A stretch of DNA of 62,993 nt, filler included, from Cladosporium halotolerans (taxonomy: Eukaryota), in the NCBI RefSeq assembly GCF_011745625.1. It is 22 parts of 22 records of this genome, joined end to end, with 100 filler letters (N's around TTAATTAATTAA, not from the genome) between each part and the next. Parts side by side here need not be neighbours in the genome. Positions count along the whole stretch, not along the records: positions 60,366 to 62,993 come from NW_027191758.1; 21 more parts are not named here. One strand, written 5' to 3'. Below are positions 60,366 to 62,993 of the stretch, piece by piece. The notes below the pieces were generated by a model. It was given only the letters and a program-made list of their open reading frames with translations. It was not told where the DNA came from and did not search any database. The position numbers and the translations under genes are program-made. Each line of letters opens with the position of its first letter. The first letter of the stretch is position 1.

Positions 60366-61298
60366 GCGCAAGATCACGCCGATCTGCTCGGGGTAGGATG
60401 GGGGTACGGGTCGGTGCGCCCTTGAAGCGGATATAAAACTGAACTTCTGAGTGGGATTGCTCCCAACGTGCAAGGTTGCTTGGGAAAAGAATTCGGCCAG
60501 ATGGCAGGCGCTGAACGAGACTCGATGCCTCTCCTTGACGGATTTGGAAGTTGTCAGCTCGCCGAGCAGCAAGAGACGAAAGTCCTCGTGAAACTCTTCG
60601 AGGCTGTCTGTATCAAAGCGGAGGGTCTGTACATTCGAAAAGTGATTGCGGAATTCGATCTTCTCCAGCCGTGAGCGCGCTGCTTCCTCTTGGATCTGGG
60701 CATCGGCATCCAAGGGCCCAGAGTTAATGAGGCAGACTCTGGGGAGTGCCCGACGGGCGAAGTCAGCAAGGTCGGTTGCGGGCGGAGCGAGGGACCAGGC
60801 TTCGAGCTTGTCCAGTGCAGCATCGAACCCACCGAGGTCTTCCACGAACATGCACACGAGATCTGAGAAGGGGAAGAGCAGCTTCGTCAGGACAGCGTCA
60901 TGGACCCCTTGCTGCGACGCGGGCCACACGTTACGTGCAGACCTTGTCTCGTGACAGAGGTGCTCCCTGCTGGCCGAGATCGCACCTTCGACCCGGCCAT
61001 GGGCGAAAAAGATCGGGTGGTCAACGTTGGACTGCGATTTGTCCGAAACGATGGTCGGATTCCCCCCAAAACAGGATTTTTTGGTCGACGAGGACCTGGT
61101 GACTCGTTGACCGAGCAGAATCTGGCTGATCAACTTTCGTTTCTCTTCTTTGCCAAGACAAAGCACGATCTGGGGGTATTGTTTGGCAGCCCTTTCCAAC
61201 TGTCCAACGAGGCGATGCAGACGGGCGGGATCAGAAAGACGCAGATGACGCGTTGTGGCGGACAACTCCACCCAATCGGTGTGACGGCAGCCTGCCAT
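60366..61298 (-). CDS. N-terminal region of a probable Starship-type patatin-like phospholipase, 3'-truncated
   Basis: The order of motifs C.H..W, PIFFA.G, CHET, LLFPFSDLVCMFVEDLGG, LPRV, FSA.HL and F.FI.ASR matches my recollection of the N-terminal half of large fungal patatin-like proteins. The patatin domain itself is not in the window. Confidence 0.65.
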
Positions 61299-61867
61299 GA
61301 TTCTTGCAGGTCAGTCTGGGGCGGACAGTGTTCACCGGTTGGACTCCTCGGTCGACCGCCGCTTGATGTGTTGCGGCGCGCCCGAATGGACTGTGCTTCT
61401 CTATGTTGGAAGCAGCCACGACTGTGGCTACTGTATTGATACGGATACCTCGGACTGCACCGTACCATTCCATATATACAGTGGAAGCTATCAAGTAAGG
61501 GGGGAACCCGAAGCTGTAATCTGAAGCCATGGCATGCTTTTTGAGCCCCGGGTCTACCCCATCAGCTTCACCCTCGCTCCGACCTCGTCCCGTGTGAATC
61601 TCGACTTCCTCACGGCCCAATTGAATCACTTGATCGAATGTGAAACGCTTGCGAAACAAAGGTGAGACTTGCGAGGCCAGATCACTCGTTTACGCTGCTA
61701 TTATAATCCTCTTCCAAAGGCATGGCTCTTGTTCTAATTTAGAAAAAGGGGTAGCGGTATGAAGAAGGCAACAAGTTCATATACAGACAAGAGGGAAGGA
61801 AGGTAGCAAAGAGCCACACGTGTCTGTAAAGCGTCCTCACAGTCAGCAGCTCCTTTCTACGAAAGTC

Positions 61868-62531
61868 ATGGACTTACCGTCTTCCGCGTATCAGTCAGCC
61901 GAGCAAGACTTTGGATTGTGGTCGCAGGATCTATTTCCACCCTTACAGACGATTCCGAACGCAGACCAACAAAGCGCCGGAGACGCCCTGTCTTTTGCGG
62001 GAGGCTTTGACTTCAGTGCCTACCATGAGGCTCCAGGTGCATCCAGTTTTGTCGACCTCGAGCCAACTTGGGAAGGCTGTACGATACCATCTGTACATGA
62101 CGTAAATAAGAGCACACTCGCGCAAGAGGAGATGTGTCGGTACGTCCTTTAGACCTCACTGGGAGCTCAAGTCCCGCAAAGCCAGAGCTCACACATTGCA
62201 AGGCTCCGTGAAGAGAACCGGCACTTGAAGTCACAGATGGACGACTCGAAAAGGTCGGTCTCACGTGCCGACACCTGCTGGCGTTGCTGACCTCCCTTGT
62301 TATGCATGTAGACAGATCAGCGAGCTGGAGGATCAGTTCGACGCATTTCAGCAGTGGACGGTGAAAGTGTCTTGTATTTTGAACGAGATCCAAATGAAGC
62401 AAGAAGGACTTTCGCCGCTACCAAACCAGCTCAGCCATTTCTCGGGTCCAACCACGAAAAGGAAAAGAGTCAAGGGTCGGGCAAGCAAGGTTGAGGTCGT
62501 CAAGGACGAGAGACAGGGATCTACGAAGTGA
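61868..62531 (+). CDS. Small hypothetical intron-containing coiled-coil protein
   Basis: The first exon ends at the donor GTACGT (~62139). An acceptor GCTGAC...TAG (~62311) precedes QISELEDQFDAFQQWTVKV and a basic KRKRVK tail. Confidence 0.4.
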
Positions 62532-62993
62532 GCGTCCAGATACGTCTTGGCCAGGCGGAACGATTGCTGTAAAATCATAAGAGGAACTGCACGGCATCGT
62601 AGCGCAGAATGAGTATCTCGTGATCCGAGATCTTGACCGCTTCCGTTCCGCTTCCATCCATTACCAAGATTGCTTGACTGCGGTGTAATTGCCGAACGAA
62701 AGGCAATGCAAAAGTGACGTTAATGTACAGTACGAGGCACCCGTGGGTACTTGTCATGTCCGGCTCAAAGGAGTCTCGCCACTTGCTGGGCCTTTGCAGT
62801 CATCCGGCCCGCCAAGTGGCTCGCGTCGAACCTACATGCTGTCATCGGAGGGCGAGAGAGACGACTGAGCTATAAAGTCCGAATGGATCCAGGAAGGACA
62901 CAGGTCGCGATCCCGTCTACGCCTGCATTGCAAACCATGTTCCATCCGTACAAGGGTACACAGGCCATGCCTGCCGAACGTCGAACGAGTTAC

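Noticed and set aside
1..62993. CRISPR arrays, rRNA, tRNA, telomeric arrays, LTR gag-pol and a DUF3435 captain
   Set aside because: None recognised by eye. The short motif arrays at contig ends lack spacers and look like transposon subterminal repeats.

Overview
This is eukaryotic DNA from a filamentous ascomycete. It has short GT-AG introns with CTRAC branch sites and fungal Tad1-like LINE, hAT and Fot1 transposons. It is not one locus. It is 22 unplaced contigs of about 2.9 to 2.6 kb, sorted by decreasing length and joined by 21 artificial 100-nt linkers (N44-TTAATTAATTAA-N44), so adjacency across a linker means nothing. Many contigs break inside repeats. Mobile elements: Tad1-like LINE fragments (ORF1 gag, APE/RT ORF2, 3' tails and one internally deleted copy), an intact hAT transposase and six other hAT-like termini, Fot1/pogo pieces, a Tc1-like DD36E family with non-TA flanks, a 343-bp MITE, and a ~1.27-kb non-coding retroposon-like repeat. 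Recognisable genes: a ComA/HSA32-like protein, a PIF1 helicase, a DUF1275 membrane protein, a multicopper oxidase pseudogene, a CSC1/OSCA channel, a DUF3712 protein, a transposon-interrupted alpha-glucoside permease, and the N-terminus of a probable Starship-type patatin-like protein. The best novelty candidate is contig 12076-14954: a >900-aa orphan ORF with motifs loosely like Rep_trans rolling-circle initiators, preceded by 14-bp direct repeats and a perfect hairpin. That reading is speculative. All family calls come from motif recognition by eye, not database searches.
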